Source: Thermotogaceae bacterium
GTDB lineage: Bacteria; Thermotogota; Thermotogae; B21-G9; HyVt-16
Direction: 5' to 3'
Length of the DNA stretch: 64,000 bases
NCBI GenBank assembly: GCA_029981435.1
Contig: JARRBB010000002.1
Span: forward strand, 1,042-65,041
Part shown: piece after piece, positions 27,319 to 39,257 of the stretch
Layout: each line of letters begins with the position of its first letter
Numbering within the stretch: the first letter of the stretch is position 1
The notes under the pieces: model-generated
Databases searched by the model: none
Seen by the model: the letters and a program-made list of their open reading frames with translations, nothing else
What the model was told of the DNA's origin: nothing
Translations under genes and position numbers: made by a program

Positions 27319-28402
27319 AAATGTTACAAAGATCTATGATAACAAGGTGGTCGCTGTTAAAGATGCAAATTTAGTTGTTGAAGATAAGGAGTTCGTGGTT
27401 CTTCTTGGACCATCTGGCTGTGGAAAAACTACAACTCTCAGGATGATAGCAGGATTAGAAGAAATAACAAAAGGTACTATCAAGATTGATGGAAGAGTTG
27501 TAAACGATGTTGAACCAAAGGACAGAGACATTGCTATGGTTTTCCAGAACTACGCATTGTATCCTCATATGACGGTTTATCAAAATATGGCTTTTGGTTT
27601 AAAACTAAGGAAGTATCCTAAAGACGAGATTGATAGAAGAGTAAAAGAAGCCGCAAAAATACTTGGAATAGAAGAGCTTCTTGACAGAAAACCTAAACAG
27701 CTTTCAGGTGGTCAAAGACAAAGGGTGGCAGTTGGAAGAGCCATTGTTAGAAATCCTAAAGTTTTCTTGTTCGATGAACCACTTTCGAACCTCGATGCAA
27801 AGTTAAGAGTGCAGATGAGAGCAGAACTTAAAAAATTACACAGTAGACTACAGGCTACCATTGTTTATGTTACGCATGATCAGGTTGAAGCAATGACTAT
27901 GGCAGATAAAATAGTCATAATGAAAGACGGGGTCATTCAGCAAATTGGTGACCCACATCAGATATACAACAAACCAGCTAATATTTTCGTTGCTGGTTTC
28001 ATTGGGAGTCCTGCTATGAACTTCATAAAAGCAAAAATCGTTAGAGGTGAAGGTGGTCTTTGGGTACAGGCAAGCGGATTCAAAGTCAAGTTAGTAAAAG
28101 AACACGAAGATTTGTTAGCAAACTATGTAGATAAAGATGTTATTTTCGGGATAAGACCTGAGAATGTATTTGATAAAGTTTTTGCGCTCGCACCAAGTTC
28201 TGAAAATACAATATCTGCACAAGTAGATATTGTCGAACCATTAGGAAATGCGACAATCCTTCATTTAAGATCTGGTGAAGATTCTATAGTAGCCAGTGTT
28301 GATCCAAGAACTAAAGCGAAAGAAGGAATGGAAATGGACGTTGTATTCGATATGTCAACAATTCATATTTTTGATCCTGAAACTGAAAAGGCCATTATCT
28401 AA
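27299..28402 (+). CDS. sugar ABC transporter ATP-binding protein (MalK/MsmX/UgpC family, CUT1 energiser)
   Basis: Walker A GPSGCGKTT, signature LSGGQRQR, Walker B LFDEPLSNLD and a C-terminal TOBE/regulatory domain are present. The ATG at 27299 follows GAGGAGG. Confidence 0.9.
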   Translation: MAQVLLENVTKIYDNKVVAVKDANLVVEDKEFVVLLGPSGCGKTTTLRMIAGLEEITKGTIKIDGRVVNDVEPKDRDIAMVFQNYALYPHMTVYQNMAFGLKLRKYPKDEIDRRVKEAAKILGIEELLDRKPKQLSGGQRQRVAVGRAIVRNPKVFLFDEPLSNLDAKLRVQMRAELKKLHSRLQATIVYVTHDQVEAMTMADKIVIMKDGVIQQIGDPHQIYNKPANIFVAGFIGSPAMNFIKAKIVRGEGGLWVQASGFKVKLVKEHEDLLANYVDKDVIFGIRPENVFDKVFALAPSSENTISAQVDIVEPLGNATILHLRSGEDSIVASVDPRTKAKEGMEMDVVFDMSTIHIFDPETEKAII

Positions 28403-28437
28403 AGAATTGCATCCTCAAAATAAAGTAGAAAATTTTA

Positions 28438-28461
28438 AAGCCGGGAGCATACCCGGCTTTC
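28438..28461. terminator. bidirectional hairpin terminator between convergent genes
   Basis: The stem aaagccggg/cccggcttt (loop agcata) has T-rich flanks on both strands. Confidence 0.6.
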
Positions 28462-28462
28462 T

Positions 28463-29899
28463 TTATACAGCCTCAGATAAAGTTTGTATTTTAAGCAAGT
28501 TAGTGGTTCCAGGTAGCCCCCATGGAATTCCAGCGGTTATTATTATTTGTTCTCCCTTTCTTGCTAAACCAAGTGTTAATATCAATTCTTCAATAGCATC
28601 GAGCATTTCGTCAGTATTTGTTGTTTTTCCAACCAATATTGGATATACCCCCCATACTAAACCAAGCTTTTGATATGTAGAAAACTCAGGGGTTATACCA
28701 ACTATAAGTGCTTTAGGTCTATACTTTGAAACACGTCTTGAAGTACTTCCACTTGTGGTTGGTGTCACAATAACATTTAAATCAAGGTCGTTTGAAATCT
28801 CCCAGCAAGCCTTCGCGATTGCTTCGTTGGTATCTTTTATCAAAGGATATTCACGTAAAGTATCAAGAAAATTTCTCTTGAATTCTTCATATCTTTCTTC
28901 CGTGACTCTTGCAACTTTATCCATCACCTGAACGGATTCGATCGGATAATAACCGATGGCTGTTTCACCCGATAACATTATTGCATCGGTTCCATCAAGT
29001 ATAGAATTTGTAATGTCTGCGACCTCAGCTCTTGTTGGAGTTGGCTTTGAGATCATTGATTCAAGCATTTGAGTTGCTGTTATAACCGGCTTAGAATAAA
29101 GATTGGCCAACTGGATAATTCGTTTCTGTTCTATAGCCACTCTTTCTATTGGCAGTTCAACACCTAAATCTCCTCTTGCTACAAGTATTCCATCTGAAAC
29201 TCTAACTATATCGTCTAAGTTTTTTAGAGCCTGAGGAGTTTCTATCTTTGCAATAACATCTATATCGGAATTTAATTCGTGTAGTATCCTTTTCAGTTCA
29301 AGTACATCAACAGCTTTTCTAACATAAGATTGTGCTATGAATTCTATATTTTCCTCTACAGCCAGAGCCACGAAGTCTCTATCTTTTTCAGATAAAGGTG
29401 GAAGATCAAAATCAATTCCAGGTACGCTCAATCCTTTCTTTGACCTTAATTTGCCGGAATTAAGGGCAACACATTTGAGTCTATCTTTTAGTTTATTCAA
29501 AACTTTCAGTTTTATGTTTCCGTCATCTATTAAAATTACATCGTCTATATTCAGATATTCTAAAACTTTTTCTCCACAGGTTGTTGCAAAACCTTTATCA
29601 TGAATTTGTTCAGAAGAAGCATAAATACTCAACTCTTCGCCTTTTTTTACATCAATCTCGTTTTCAATGCCGACTATTCTAACCTTAGGTCCTTCAAGAT
29701 CAAGAATTATAGGGAGTGAAATATTTAAACTTTCTCTCAAGGATTTAAGTAATTTGATCATTTTTCTATGTTCTTCTATAGTGCCATGTGAGGTATTCAA
29801 CCTCACAACGTTCATCCCTGCATTTATTAGCTTTTCCAGCATATCCTTGGAACTTGTTTGAGGTCCTAAAGTACATACTATCTTCGTTTTTCTAAGCAT
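28463..29899 (-). CDS. pyk: pyruvate kinase
   Basis: MLRKTKIVCTLGPQT... and the active-site region MVARGDLGVE are typical. The likely start is the internal Met at 29899. Confidence 0.9.
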   Translation of the reverse strand: MLRKTKIVCTLGPQTSSKDMLEKLINAGMNVVRLNTSHGTIEEHRKMIKLLKSLRESLNISLPIILDLEGPKVRIVGIENEIDVKKGEELSIYASSEQIHDKGFATTCGEKVLEYLNIDDVILIDDGNIKLKVLNKLKDRLKCVALNSGKLRSKKGLSVPGIDFDLPPLSEKDRDFVALAVEENIEFIAQSYVRKAVDVLELKRILHELNSDIDVIAKIETPQALKNLDDIVRVSDGILVARGDLGVELPIERVAIEQKRIIQLANLYSKPVITATQMLESMISKPTPTRAEVADITNSILDGTDAIMLSGETAIGYYPIESVQVMDKVARVTEERYEEFKRNFLDTLREYPLIKDTNEAIAKACWEISNDLDLNVIVTPTTSGSTSRRVSKYRPKALIVGITPEFSTYQKLGLVWGVYPILVGKTTNTDEMLDAIEELILTLGLARKGEQIIITAGIPWGLPGTTNLLKIQTLSEAV

Positions 29900-29925
29900 T
29901 TTATAACCTTCTTCCAAAAACAATT

Positions 29926-30888
29926 TTAAGATAAAACATTTGCAAGCTCATAGAGTGATAAGTCTAGTCTCTTTCTTTCTCTTAGAACCTCTTCAAATGG
30001 TGTGCGTACTATTTTATTTCCTTGCAAACCTGACATAACGCCATACTCACCATCAATGAGTGACTGAACAGCATCTGTACCAAGCCTTGAAGCAAGCAAT
30101 CTATCAAAAGATGTAGGACTTCCACCTCTTTGAATGTGACCGAGGATTGTTATTCGTGTTTCGTAACCAATTTTGTACTCCAGATATCTTGCGACTGTGT
30201 ACGCGCTTGCTGCACCTTCCGCAACCACGACTATGCTGTTTATTTTCCCTCGCTTTCTACCCATGAGTAATTTGTCCGCCACCGCCTGATAATCCACGGG
30301 AATCTCTGGAATTATAACAGCTTCAGAACCTGTTACTATGCCTGATATGAGTGCTATATATCCTGAATTTCTCCCCATAACTTCAACAATGAAAGCTCTT
30401 TCATGCGAAGAAGCTGTATCCTTTAACTTCTGTATAGCATCCATGACGGTATTCAAACAGGTATCCACACCTATGCACATATCTGTACCGTTTATATCAT
30501 TATCTATGCTTGCTGGCACACCAACGGTTGGAAAATCAAATAACTGTGAAAGTACAGCAGCGCCTGTTAAACTACCATCTCCTCCTATAACTACAAGACC
30601 CTCTATACCATGCTTTTCAAGATTCTGAAGCCCTTTCTTTCTTCCGCTCTCAACCTTAAACTCTTCACATCGAGCAGTTCTAAGAATCGTCCCACCTTTT
30701 TCCATTATTCCGCCAACATCTTTAAAAGTTAAAGGAACAAATTCATCATCAATTAAACCTGCATAACCTCTCATAATCCCGTAAACCTCTATTCCTTTTG
30801 TTGAAGCATATCTAACAACTGCTCTTATTGCTGCATTCATACCAGGTGCATCTCCACCACTTGTCATAACAGCTATTCTTTTCATCAC
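29926..30888 (-). CDS. pfkA: ATP-dependent 6-phosphofructokinase
   Basis: [23 protein letters not shown] and GGDGSLTGA are present. Confidence 0.9.
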   Translation of the reverse strand: MMKRIAVMTSGGDAPGMNAAIRAVVRYASTKGIEVYGIMRGYAGLIDDEFVPLTFKDVGGIMEKGGTILRTARCEEFKVESGRKKGLQNLEKHGIEGLVVIGGDGSLTGAAVLSQLFDFPTVGVPASIDNDINGTDMCIGVDTCLNTVMDAIQKLKDTASSHERAFIVEVMGRNSGYIALISGIVTGSEAVIIPEIPVDYQAVADKLLMGRKRGKINSIVVVAEGAASAYTVARYLEYKIGYETRITILGHIQRGGSPTSFDRLLASRLGTDAVQSLIDGEYGVMSGLQGNKIVRTPFEEVLRERKRLDLSLYELANVLS

Positions 30889-30898
30889 ATTTACCTCC

Positions 30899-33388
30899 TT
30901 ATAAATTAAATAATCTTAATTGTTCGTTTGAAAATATTTTTTTCTTATTTCGCGTTTTTCTTTTTAATTCTTCTAATTCTTTATCACCTATGCTTTTTAC
31001 TCTTTTATCTATTTGACTTTCTTTTGAAATTATTTCCAGGATTTCCTTCGCTCTTTCCACTATTTCATCATCAATTCCAGCTATTTTAGCAACCTCTATA
31101 CCATAACTTCTCTCGGAAACACCGTCGATTAGCTTATGAAGAAAAATTATCCCTTCATCACTTTTCTTCACCAGAAATGTTTTGTTGAAAATGCCTTCGT
31201 AGAGATTTGACAACTCTGTCAGTTCAGTGTAATGAGTTGCAAAAATAACATAAGGATTTATAACTTTGTATAGATATTCCGAAACAGCCCAGGCTATACT
31301 TATACCATCGAAAGTACTTGTTCCTCGGCCAACTTCGTCAAGAATAACAAGACTGTTCTCAGTCGCATACCTCAAAATCAGAGCAGTTTCGCTCATTTCG
31401 ACCAAAAAAGTGCTTTTTCCTCCAGCAACATCGTCTCTCGCACCTATTCTGGTAAAAACTCTATCAAATATTGGTAAAATGGCTTCTTCCGCTGGAACAA
31501 AAGAACCAATCTGTGCCATTACAGCTATCAAAGCAACTTGGCGTATAAAAGTGGATTTTCCTGACATGTTAGGACCGGTTAATATCATAAATTTGTTTAC
31601 TGAATCCATTTTCAAATCATTTTTTATAAAATCTCTCTCGAATTTTTCGACTATAGGATGTCTTGAATTTTTTAAAATTATCATATCTGAAAATGAAGGT
31701 CTAACGTAGTTATTTTCAAGTGCACAAAGAGCTAATGAAGTTATAGCATCTATTTTCGACAGTGCATAGGCATTTGACTGAATATCACGGAGATAAGCCT
31801 GAACTTCAAGACATATTCTTGCAAAAAGTTCCTTCTCAAGTTCTTCTACGATTTCTCTGGAATGCAAAACTTTAGTTTCAAATGCTTTTAGTTCTTCTGT
31901 TATAAATCTCTCAGAATTGACAAGCGTTTGTTTTCTAATGTAATCATCAGGAACTTTCGATAAATTTCCTTTACTGACTTCGATATAATATCCAAATACT
32001 TTGTTATATCCTATTTTCAGATTACTTATGCCTGTTCTCTGACGTTCAATTTTTTCCATTTCTTTTATTCTTTCTTCGCTATGCTCTAACAATTCAACAT
32101 ACTCATCCAATTCTTTGCTAAATCCACGCTTTATAACATTGCCCGTTCCAAGTTGAGACGCAGGATCATCCCCTATAGATTCTTCTAAAAGCTTCGTGAG
32201 ATTATCAAGAACGATCAAAGCTTCTCCAAGTTTTGAAAGATTTGGATTGGTGAATAAAGCAGATTGAACATAAGGGATTATTCTCAAGGTTTCTCTCAGT
32301 GAAACCAGATCTCTGACAGTAGCTCTATTCAGTGAAACCCTTGTAATTATTCTTTCAAGGTCATACACACTTTTTAAGTATTCTCTGATTTCGTTTAGAA
32401 GTATTCTATCATTTATAAAAGCTTCCACAAAATCCAGGCGTTCCTCTATTTCTTTTAAGTTCAAAAGTGGTGTGACTATCCAATTTTTTAAAAGCCGACT
32501 CCCCATACTTGTAACACATTTGTCCAGCACTCCAAAAAGCGTCTTTGCTTTTTCTTTACCTTTAACTGGGATTAAATCGATATTATCTATCGTGGAAAAA
32601 TCTATCACCATGTAGTCACTTGTTGAAAGTTTTATTGGTATTTTAAGACTTTTAACAACTGTTTTTTGCATTAACTCGATGTACTCAAGTATAGCTCCTA
32701 TAAGCGGGATATAATCTTCCTCAAATCCAAAAGAATCTGTGGTTGAAATCGAATAAAAGTTCTTGACCTTTTCCAGAGCGTTATTTTTGTCATAGTACCA
32801 ATCATCAAGATATTCTAAAAACATTTCTTGGATAAGTTTGGTATAGATCTCAAATTTCTCCTGAAAACTTCTTGGTATTAGAAGTTGAGAAGCTGAGATT
32901 TTTTGTGCATGCTCTACGAATGACTCAACACTGTCAAACTCAAATACATAAAAATCACCAGTTGAAAAATCAATTTGAGCTGTTAAGATCTTTCCGCTTT
33001 TTTCAATCATTGCAAGGATATAATTGTTATGCTCTTCAAGAATAGTGTCTTCAAACACTACGCCAGGTGTAACAACTCTGGTAACTTCCCTTCTAACTAT
33101 TCCCTTTGCCTGCTTAGGATCTTCAACCTGATCACATATGGCGACTTTATAACCTTTTCTTATGAGCTTCTTTAGATAATTATCCAGAGAATGATGTGGA
33201 ATTCCTGCCATTGGAGCACCATTTCGCGAAGTTAAAACTATCTGTAGTTCTTTCGAAACTATTTTAGCGTCATCAAAAAAGGCTTCATAAAAATCACCAA
33301 GTCTGAAAAGCAAAATAGCATCTTTATAGTTGGACTTTATTTCTTTATATTGTTTCATCATAGGTGTAAGTAAGGTATCTTTGCTCAA
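30899..33388 (-). CDS. mutS: DNA mismatch repair protein MutS
   Basis: The N-terminal mismatch-binding domain ([30 protein letters not shown]), the Walker A motif GPNMSGKST and the motif [12 protein letters not shown] are all present. Confidence 0.9.
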   Translation of the reverse strand: MSKDTLLTPMMKQYKEIKSNYKDAILLFRLGDFYEAFFDDAKIVSKELQIVLTSRNGAPMAGIPHHSLDNYLKKLIRKGYKVAICDQVEDPKQAKGIVRREVTRVVTPGVVFEDTILEEHNNYILAMIEKSGKILTAQIDFSTGDFYVFEFDSVESFVEHAQKISASQLLIPRSFQEKFEIYTKLIQEMFLEYLDDWYYDKNNALEKVKNFYSISTTDSFGFEEDYIPLIGAILEYIELMQKTVVKSLKIPIKLSTSDYMVIDFSTIDNIDLIPVKGKEKAKTLFGVLDKCVTSMGSRLLKNWIVTPLLNLKEIEERLDFVEAFINDRILLNEIREYLKSVYDLERIITRVSLNRATVRDLVSLRETLRIIPYVQSALFTNPNLSKLGEALIVLDNLTKLLEESIGDDPASQLGTGNVIKRGFSKELDEYVELLEHSEERIKEMEKIERQRTGISNLKIGYNKVFGYYIEVSKGNLSKVPDDYIRKQTLVNSERFITEELKAFETKVLHSREIVEELEKELFARICLEVQAYLRDIQSNAYALSKIDAITSLALCALENNYVRPSFSDMIILKNSRHPIVEKFERDFIKNDLKMDSVNKFMILTGPNMSGKSTFIRQVALIAVMAQIGSFVPAEEAILPIFDRVFTRIGARDDVAGGKSTFLVEMSETALILRYATENSLVILDEVGRGTSTFDGISIAWAVSEYLYKVINPYVIFATHYTELTELSNLYEGIFNKTFLVKKSDEGIIFLHKLIDGVSERSYGIEVAKIAGIDDEIVERAKEILEIISKESQIDKRVKSIGDKELEELKRKTRNKKKIFSNEQLRLFNL

Positions 33389-33389
33389 T

Positions 33390-34712
33390 TTACACCTTTA
33401 CCTCCTGTTTTGTGATTTCACCGTAAAGAGGACCTGCTGTTGTTCGACAGATCTTAATATGTACTTTTTGTCCTATGAGTTCTCTTGAACCCTCAAATAT
33501 AACTATTTTATTATTTATTGTTCTACCGTAAAGAAATCCTGGTGTTTTTTCCAAAGTATTTTCGACTATTACTTCAACTTCTTTGTTTAGATACTCTTTG
33601 TTTATATCGCGATTTATTCGCTTCTGAAGTTCAAGCAGCTTTTGCAACCTTCTTGATTTTTCAGATTGAGCTATTTCATCTATAAAATGTTTAGCTGCGT
33701 AAGTTCCTTCTCGTGGTGAATAAACTGCTAAATTCACTCTTTCAAACCTCAAATTTTCCACTAATTCAATTGTTTCATAGAAATCTTCTTCCGACTCTCC
33801 AGGAAAACCAACTATTATGTCGGTACTTATTGAAACATCGGGGATTGCTTTCCTTATTTTTTGAATCAACTCAACAAAAAATTCTTTTGTGTACCCCCTA
33901 TTCATTAGTTTCAAAATCTTGTTGCTCCCTGATTGAACGGGCAAGTGAATAGAGCGCGCTATCTTGTTGGAGCGAGCTATAACTTCTATTAACTCATCTG
34001 AAAAATCTTTGGGATAAGATGTTAAAAACCACAAACGTTCTATACCTTCTATTTTTTCAGTTTCACTCAAAAGTTTGGCCAAACTACTACCATCTTTCAA
34101 ATCCTTGCCATATGAATCGACATTCTGACCCAAAAAGGTTATTTCGATGTAACCTTGAGAAGCAAGTGAACTCACTTCCTTCAATATATCAGGCATCGGT
34201 CTACTTTTCTCTCGACCTCTTGTATAAGGAACAATGCAGTAAGAGCAGAACTTATTGCAGCCATATATTATAGTAACCCAAGCGTGATGTTTACTATCCC
34301 TAATGCGCGGAAAACTTCCATCCAATTCCTCGATATGATCTTCCATATAAACGAATCTTTTCCCCTTCAAAGCTTCATCTATTATTTGATCTATCCGTGG
34401 TATCGAACGAGTTCCAAAAACAAAATCTACGACGTTATTTTCTAGGAGTTTCTCTTTTTCTTTCTCTGCAACACATCCACAAACACCCACAACCAAATTT
34501 TTCTTGCGCTTTTTCACTCTGTTTATTTCTCCAAGCTTTCCATAAAACTTATCTTCTGCCTTTTTTCTGACTGCGCAAGTGTTCACTATTATTATATCTG
34601 CCTCAGTAATGTCTTCCACTGGTGTAAAACCTTTAAGCTTCAAAATACCTTTTATAGCCTCAGAGTCGTTCATATTCATTTGACAACCAAAGGTTTTTAT
34701 ATGAAATTTCAA
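33390..34712 (-). CDS. miaB: tRNA (N6-isopentenyl adenosine(37)-C2)-methylthiotransferase MiaB
   Basis: An N-terminal MTTase domain (FGCQMN), a radical-SAM CxxxCxxC (CNKFCSYC) and a C-terminal TRAM domain are present. Confidence 0.85.
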   Translation of the reverse strand: MKFHIKTFGCQMNMNDSEAIKGILKLKGFTPVEDITEADIIIVNTCAVRKKAEDKFYGKLGEINRVKKRKKNLVVGVCGCVAEKEKEKLLENNVVDFVFGTRSIPRIDQIIDEALKGKRFVYMEDHIEELDGSFPRIRDSKHHAWVTIIYGCNKFCSYCIVPYTRGREKSRPMPDILKEVSSLASQGYIEITFLGQNVDSYGKDLKDGSSLAKLLSETEKIEGIERLWFLTSYPKDFSDELIEVIARSNKIARSIHLPVQSGSNKILKLMNRGYTKEFFVELIQKIRKAIPDVSISTDIIVGFPGESEEDFYETIELVENLRFERVNLAVYSPREGTYAAKHFIDEIAQSEKSRRLQKLLELQKRINRDINKEYLNKEVEVIVENTLEKTPGFLYGRTINNKIVIFEGSRELIGQKVHIKICRTTAGPLYGEITKQEVKV

Positions 34713-34713
34713 A

Positions 34714-35994
34714 TTAATCCTCCTTTCTCACTATTTTTGGAATGGTTGTTAAACTGAATTCTGTGTCCAAACCCCTAAAAATCAGTTCTGCAAAGTAGCA
34801 GATGTTTTTATCAGACTCCGGTACTTCAAATTTCCAACAACCATTTTTTACCTTTTCAGGTTTTTCCATTTTCCAGATCGAATATCTGAAATCAAGGTTA
34901 TCAGAGAATGATATCCATATTTTACAATCAACAGCATCCTGAGATTCAACGAATATTTTCCTTTCATTTCCTTCAAAATACCAATTATATTTTACAAAAT
35001 TCCCTTTATGGACAAGAGCTTTAAAAAATTCTGAAATACTTCTAATTAGTAAACTCAAATTCTTTATACTGTGTTTTTCATTTGGAACGAAAAGGAGATA
35101 ATTTTCTCCTTTCAAATCATAGAAATAAAACTGCGAAGCATCTATAGTCCAGTATTCATCGTTAGTTGATTGAATTATTAACTTCGGCATATCAAGCCTT
35201 TCAATATAACTGTGAGGATCCACTATTTCCAGTAACTTTTTACCCAAATTTGTCCCAAATTTCTCTTGAAGCTTTAAATTAGTATAAGGAGATATTTTCT
35301 TGCTGTAATCTCCCCAATTTTCGAGCTGATGGTTAAGTTGCTTTTCGAAATTCAAATTATCAAAAACTATGGGGGCAATTGCAAATACTCGTTCATCAAC
35401 AGTGGCTGTTAACCAGGTAGTCCAACCTCTTTTGGAAGCACCTGAAACCAAAAATCTTTTCAATTCCATTCCTTTTATTTTTAGTATACTTTGTGTAACA
35501 TCCATTGCAGCTACAACGGATTGTACCATGGGTAATAAAAGCGCCCAGTCTTCTTCACCAGTTTCAAAAAATCTTTGGAAAGAATATGCTATCAATTCGT
35601 CTTCATATAGATTTCCAAAAAGCGGCTGATTAGGAATATCGCCTAATATTATAAATGGTGCAGCGAAAAAATCGGCTATCCAGCTCATTTTATCGGGATC
35701 TTCAAAGTTACCGGTTATGTAAATTACAGCTGCATCCGTTGTCTTCAAGTTTTTGGGTAATATTATTCCTAACCTGTGTTGCCAGCTTATTCCTTTCCAG
35801 ATTTGACTGTGAAGAGATACTGATATGAATAAATCATCATTTTTTAATCGCTTCTCACTTAATATGTGGTAATTTATCTCAGACGAATGCAAATCGATAT
35901 ATTCTTTCAAAGTAACCGGGAAAATCGTTACGGAGAATAAAATAATGATCACAAACAAATAACTTCTTTTGAAGAACATAATCACCACCTCCAA
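34714..35994 (-). CDS. secreted PhoPQ-activated pathogenicity-related (PqaA-like) family protein, alpha/beta-hydrolase-like
   Basis: A signal peptide is present, and [32 protein letters not shown] resembles the PqaA family. The family assignment is from memory only. The likely start is the Met at 35979. Confidence 0.5.
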   Translation of the reverse strand: MEVVIMFFKRSYLFVIIILFSVTIFPVTLKEYIDLHSSEINYHILSEKRLKNDDLFISVSLHSQIWKGISWQHRLGIILPKNLKTTDAAVIYITGNFEDPDKMSWIADFFAAPFIILGDIPNQPLFGNLYEDELIAYSFQRFFETGEEDWALLLPMVQSVVAAMDVTQSILKIKGMELKRFLVSGASKRGWTTWLTATVDERVFAIAPIVFDNLNFEKQLNHQLENWGDYSKKISPYTNLKLQEKFGTNLGKKLLEIVDPHSYIERLDMPKLIIQSTNDEYWTIDASQFYFYDLKGENYLLFVPNEKHSIKNLSLLIRSISEFFKALVHKGNFVKYNWYFEGNERKIFVESQDAVDCKIWISFSDNLDFRYSIWKMEKPEKVKNGCWKFEVPESDKNICYFAELIFRGLDTEFSLTTIPKIVRKED

Positions 35995-36084
35995 GGCCTA
36001 TATTATTGTATCACCATTCCTGAAGTTGATCCCAATCAATATGTTAAAATATATCTTGTAAAAATATTAAGAGGGGGTGTTAGA

Positions 36085-37353
36085 GTGAAGAAACTTTCCT
36101 TTATATTGTCAATTTTACTTATTTTCGTTGTCTCATTTCTCTCAGCTGAAGAGGTTACCCTAAAAATGATTCAAGTTTTTACAAGTCCTCTTCGAACTAA
36201 AATAATAGAAGAGATCATCGAAAAATTCGAAGAACAAAACCCCGGTGTTAAAATCGAGCTAATATCACCACCTTACGAAACAGCATATCAAAAAATCTAT
36301 CTTATGGTTAGTACCAATCAGCCACTCGATATTGTAGAAGTCGGCGATTGGTCTTTAAGTGCACTCGCAAGCATGGGAAAACTTGAAAACCTTGAACCTT
36401 ATATTTCAAAATCTCCTTTAAAAGATTACTTTATAAATGGGATCATCGACGCAGCAAGAATATATAAGAATACCGCATATTTGCTCCCAAATGCTGTGTA
36501 CGTAAAAACACTTTTTTATAGACCGGATATCCTTGAAAAATACGGTATAAGAAGTGTTCCAAAAACAATGGACGAGCTTATGGCTTTCTGCAAATACATA
36601 ACAGATCCTAAAAATAACCAATATGGGTTTGACTTCAGAGGAAAGGGATTCCCAACCGCTTTTATCGATTTGGTAGTTACCTCGTTCTTCGATGATATTG
36701 ATCCTAACAACATGTATCTTACCAAAGATGGCAAATTAATATTCGAAGATCCAAGGGCAAAAGAAGGATTGAAATTTTACGTGGAATTTTATGAGAAAAC
36801 AGCCCCAAAAGATTCCATAAACTGGGGGTTTGATGAACAAGTAAATGCTTTTGTTGCAGGAATAACTCCTTATCTTTTCCAGGATCCTGACACCACAGGA
36901 TTGTTAAACGAGTTGCTAAAAAATGGCGTTTACAAGACAGCACCTCTACCGATTGGAAGAGGTGGTAAGGCCTATCCAACATTTGGATTTGCAGGTTGGG
37001 GCATAACAAGTTATTCCAAGCATAAGGATATAGCATGGAAATTCATAGAGTTCTTCAATTCTCCGGAGAATAACGCCTATTGGTGTAAGATGTACGGAGC
37101 CCTTCCCGTGGATAAAAGAGTTTACGAGAATGATCCTTATTTCAGCAGCGAAATATTCAAAGGATGGGCTGAAATGTTCAACGATCCAGAACATTATCAA
37201 TTCACTAAATATCCACTCGATAACGAAGCCTGGAGTAACTGGAATCAATTCCATGAAGAAACCATGCAAAAGGTCCTTCTCGGAAAAATGTCGATAGACG
37301 AAGCTTTAAAAGAGTGGGCTAAGTTCTGGAAAGAAGCCGGACTTGTAAAATAG
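36085..37353 (+). CDS. ABC transporter substrate-binding protein (CUT1 sugar family)
   Basis: A signal peptide is followed by a roughly 420-aa SBP_bac_1-like protein placed upstream of two CUT1 permeases. The start is GTG. Confidence 0.8.
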   Translation: MKKLSFILSILLIFVVSFLSAEEVTLKMIQVFTSPLRTKIIEEIIEKFEEQNPGVKIELISPPYETAYQKIYLMVSTNQPLDIVEVGDWSLSALASMGKLENLEPYISKSPLKDYFINGIIDAARIYKNTAYLLPNAVYVKTLFYRPDILEKYGIRSVPKTMDELMAFCKYITDPKNNQYGFDFRGKGFPTAFIDLVVTSFFDDIDPNNMYLTKDGKLIFEDPRAKEGLKFYVEFYEKTAPKDSINWGFDEQVNAFVAGITPYLFQDPDTTGLLNELLKNGVYKTAPLPIGRGGKAYPTFGFAGWGITSYSKHKDIAWKFIEFFNSPENNAYWCKMYGALPVDKRVYENDPYFSSEIFKGWAEMFNDPEHYQFTKYPLDNEAWSNWNQFHEETMQKVLLGKMSIDEALKEWAKFWKEAGLVK

Positions 37354-37358
37354 ATTTT

Positions 37359-37387
37359 AACCAGGTGGGGTTTGACCTCACCTGGTT
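37359..37387 (+). promoter_or_regulatory. intercistronic stem-loop between the binding-protein and permease genes
   Basis: aaccaggtg-gggtttgacct-cacctggtt forms a 9-bp stem. Confidence 0.55.
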
Positions 37388-37406
37388 AAATAATTTTTAT
37401 GGTGGG

Positions 37407-38294
37407 ATGATGGTGAAGAGTAAAAAGGTTCTTTTTATATTTTTTATGCTTTTTCCAACTTTTTTCATAATCTCTACGCTGAATATTTATCCCACAATCA
37501 AGGGGATTATTTTGTCCTTTCAGAACTTTACACTTTTCAATTTCAACAGAATAAAATTTATTGGCTTGAAAAATTATATCGATATTCTGACTGATCCAGA
37601 ATTCCCAAGTATTTTACTGAACACTTTACTTTGGATTGTTTGTTCAGTTATATTCCAATTCCTGTTGGGATTTGGACTGGCAATTTTGATGAAACGTCCT
37701 TTTAAAGGAAGATCTATATATGCTGGACTGGTATTCTATCCCTGGGCATTATCAGGTTTTGCAATAGGTTTACTCTGGTCCTGGTTATTGAATGGACAGT
37801 TTGGAATAATAAACGACATACTTTTACGCTTAGGGTTAATAGATTCAGGGATAAATTTTCTTTCCGATCCTAAACTGGCGATGTTCTCGGTTATAATAGT
37901 GAATATATGGTATGGGATACCCTTTTTCGCTATAATGTTGCTTGCAGCTTTGCAGTCAATTCCAGACTCTCTTTACGAAGCAGCAGAAATAGATGGTGCC
38001 GGACCAGTTAAAAAACTGATCTATATAACGATACCTTACATAAAGCCAACTATAATTAACACAATACTTTTAAGATCCATATGGATAATGAATTTTCCAG
38101 ATATAATCTATGGAATGACTCGGGGTGGCCCTGCAGGAAGTACTAATATTCTCGCCGTTCATATGATAAACATCGTGTACTATAAAAACGACTACAGTAA
38201 GGCATCTACTGTCGGAGTTATAATATTAACAATACTCATGATTTACACAATAATATATTTGCGAATTACCGAAAGTGGAGTTGTAGAAATATGA
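37407..38294 (+). CDS. sugar ABC transporter permease (MalF/UgpA-like)
   Basis: Six transmembrane helices and the EAA motif (SLYEAAEIDGAGPVKKLIYITIPYIKP) are present. The start is placed after the hairpin. Confidence 0.8.
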   Translation: MMVKSKKVLFIFFMLFPTFFIISTLNIYPTIKGIILSFQNFTLFNFNRIKFIGLKNYIDILTDPEFPSILLNTLLWIVCSVIFQFLLGFGLAILMKRPFKGRSIYAGLVFYPWALSGFAIGLLWSWLLNGQFGIINDILLRLGLIDSGINFLSDPKLAMFSVIIVNIWYGIPFFAIMLLAALQSIPDSLYEAAEIDGAGPVKKLIYITIPYIKPTIINTILLRSIWIMNFPDIIYGMTRGGPAGSTNILAVHMINIVYYKNDYSKASTVGVIILTILMIYTIIYLRITESGVVEI

Positions 38295-39121
38295 ATAGAA
38301 AAGGTCTTATATCAATTTTTCGTTGGATTGGTCTACTTTTCTATTTATTGATAGCCGTTTTTCCACTGTTCTGGATATTCATAACATCGATAAAACCGTC
38401 ACAGGAAGTTTACACCTTTCCAATAAAATATTTTCCAAGTAAACCAACTCTTGAAGCTTACAAATACCTGTTTAATTTCGCCAAATTTTCCATCTATTTT
38501 AAAAACAGTATAATAGTCTCTCTCAGTGCATCTTCGATTTCTACAATTTTTGCACTCTTGAGTGGTTATGTACTGGCTAAAACGAACTTCAAAGGCAAGT
38601 ATTTTTTAATCTTATTTCTGTTTTTTGTTCAGATGATACCTGCTTATCTTCTAATGGTACCTCAGTTTTCTATGTTTTCGAAATTGGGGTTGATAAATAG
38701 ATTAACCGGTATAACTTTTGTATACGTAGGTATCGGTGTGTCTTTTAGTACTATAATGGCAAGGGGATTTTTTTTAAGAATTCCAACAGCTTTAGAAGAG
38801 GCAGCCTTGATAGATGGGTGCACAAGACTACAAGCAATTGCCAAAATAATACTTCCCTTAATGCTTCCAGGAATAGCCGCCGTTTTCATCTTCTCATTCG
38901 TTAACAACTGGAATGAACTGTTTACTGCGGTACTGTTTTTAAACTCAGAGGAAAAATTAACAGTCCCGGTTGCGCTTTATTCATTTATTTCAAAAGCTGG
39001 AATTCAGTGGAACGTTCTTGCTGCAGGAATTGTGACAGCTCTTTTTCCAACGATAGTTGCTTTTGCCTTTGCACAAAAATACATAGTACAGGGTTTAACA
39101 AAAGGAGCTTTGAAGGAGTAA
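38291..39121 (+). CDS. sugar ABC transporter permease (MalG/UgpE-like)
   Basis: The EAA motif (LEEAALIDGCTRLQAIAKIILPLMLPG) is present. Its start overlaps the upstream gene as ATGA. Confidence 0.8.
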   Translation: MNRKGLISIFRWIGLLFYLLIAVFPLFWIFITSIKPSQEVYTFPIKYFPSKPTLEAYKYLFNFAKFSIYFKNSIIVSLSASSISTIFALLSGYVLAKTNFKGKYFLILFLFFVQMIPAYLLMVPQFSMFSKLGLINRLTGITFVYVGIGVSFSTIMARGFFLRIPTALEEAALIDGCTRLQAIAKIILPLMLPGIAAVFIFSFVNNWNELFTAVLFLNSEEKLTVPVALYSFISKAGIQWNVLAAGIVTALFPTIVAFAFAQKYIVQGLTKGALKE

Positions 39122-39164
39122 ATTACGTTTCTATACTAACGTTCTAAAGCTTCTAATTACTCGT

Positions 39165-39193
39165 TTGCATACAATTCGGGGGTATGGTATAAT
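39165..39193 (+). promoter_or_regulatory. candidate promoter of the Mbx/Ehr-like operon (TTGCAT-17 nt-TATAAT, extended TG)
   Basis: TTGCAT at 39165-39170 and TGgTATAAT at 39185-39193 with a 17-nt spacer. Confidence 0.55.
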
Positions 39194-39257
39194 TTTGGCG
39201 AATTATTGTTAATTATTTCACCTTATATGTACATAAATATTTTGAAGGGGTGATTTT

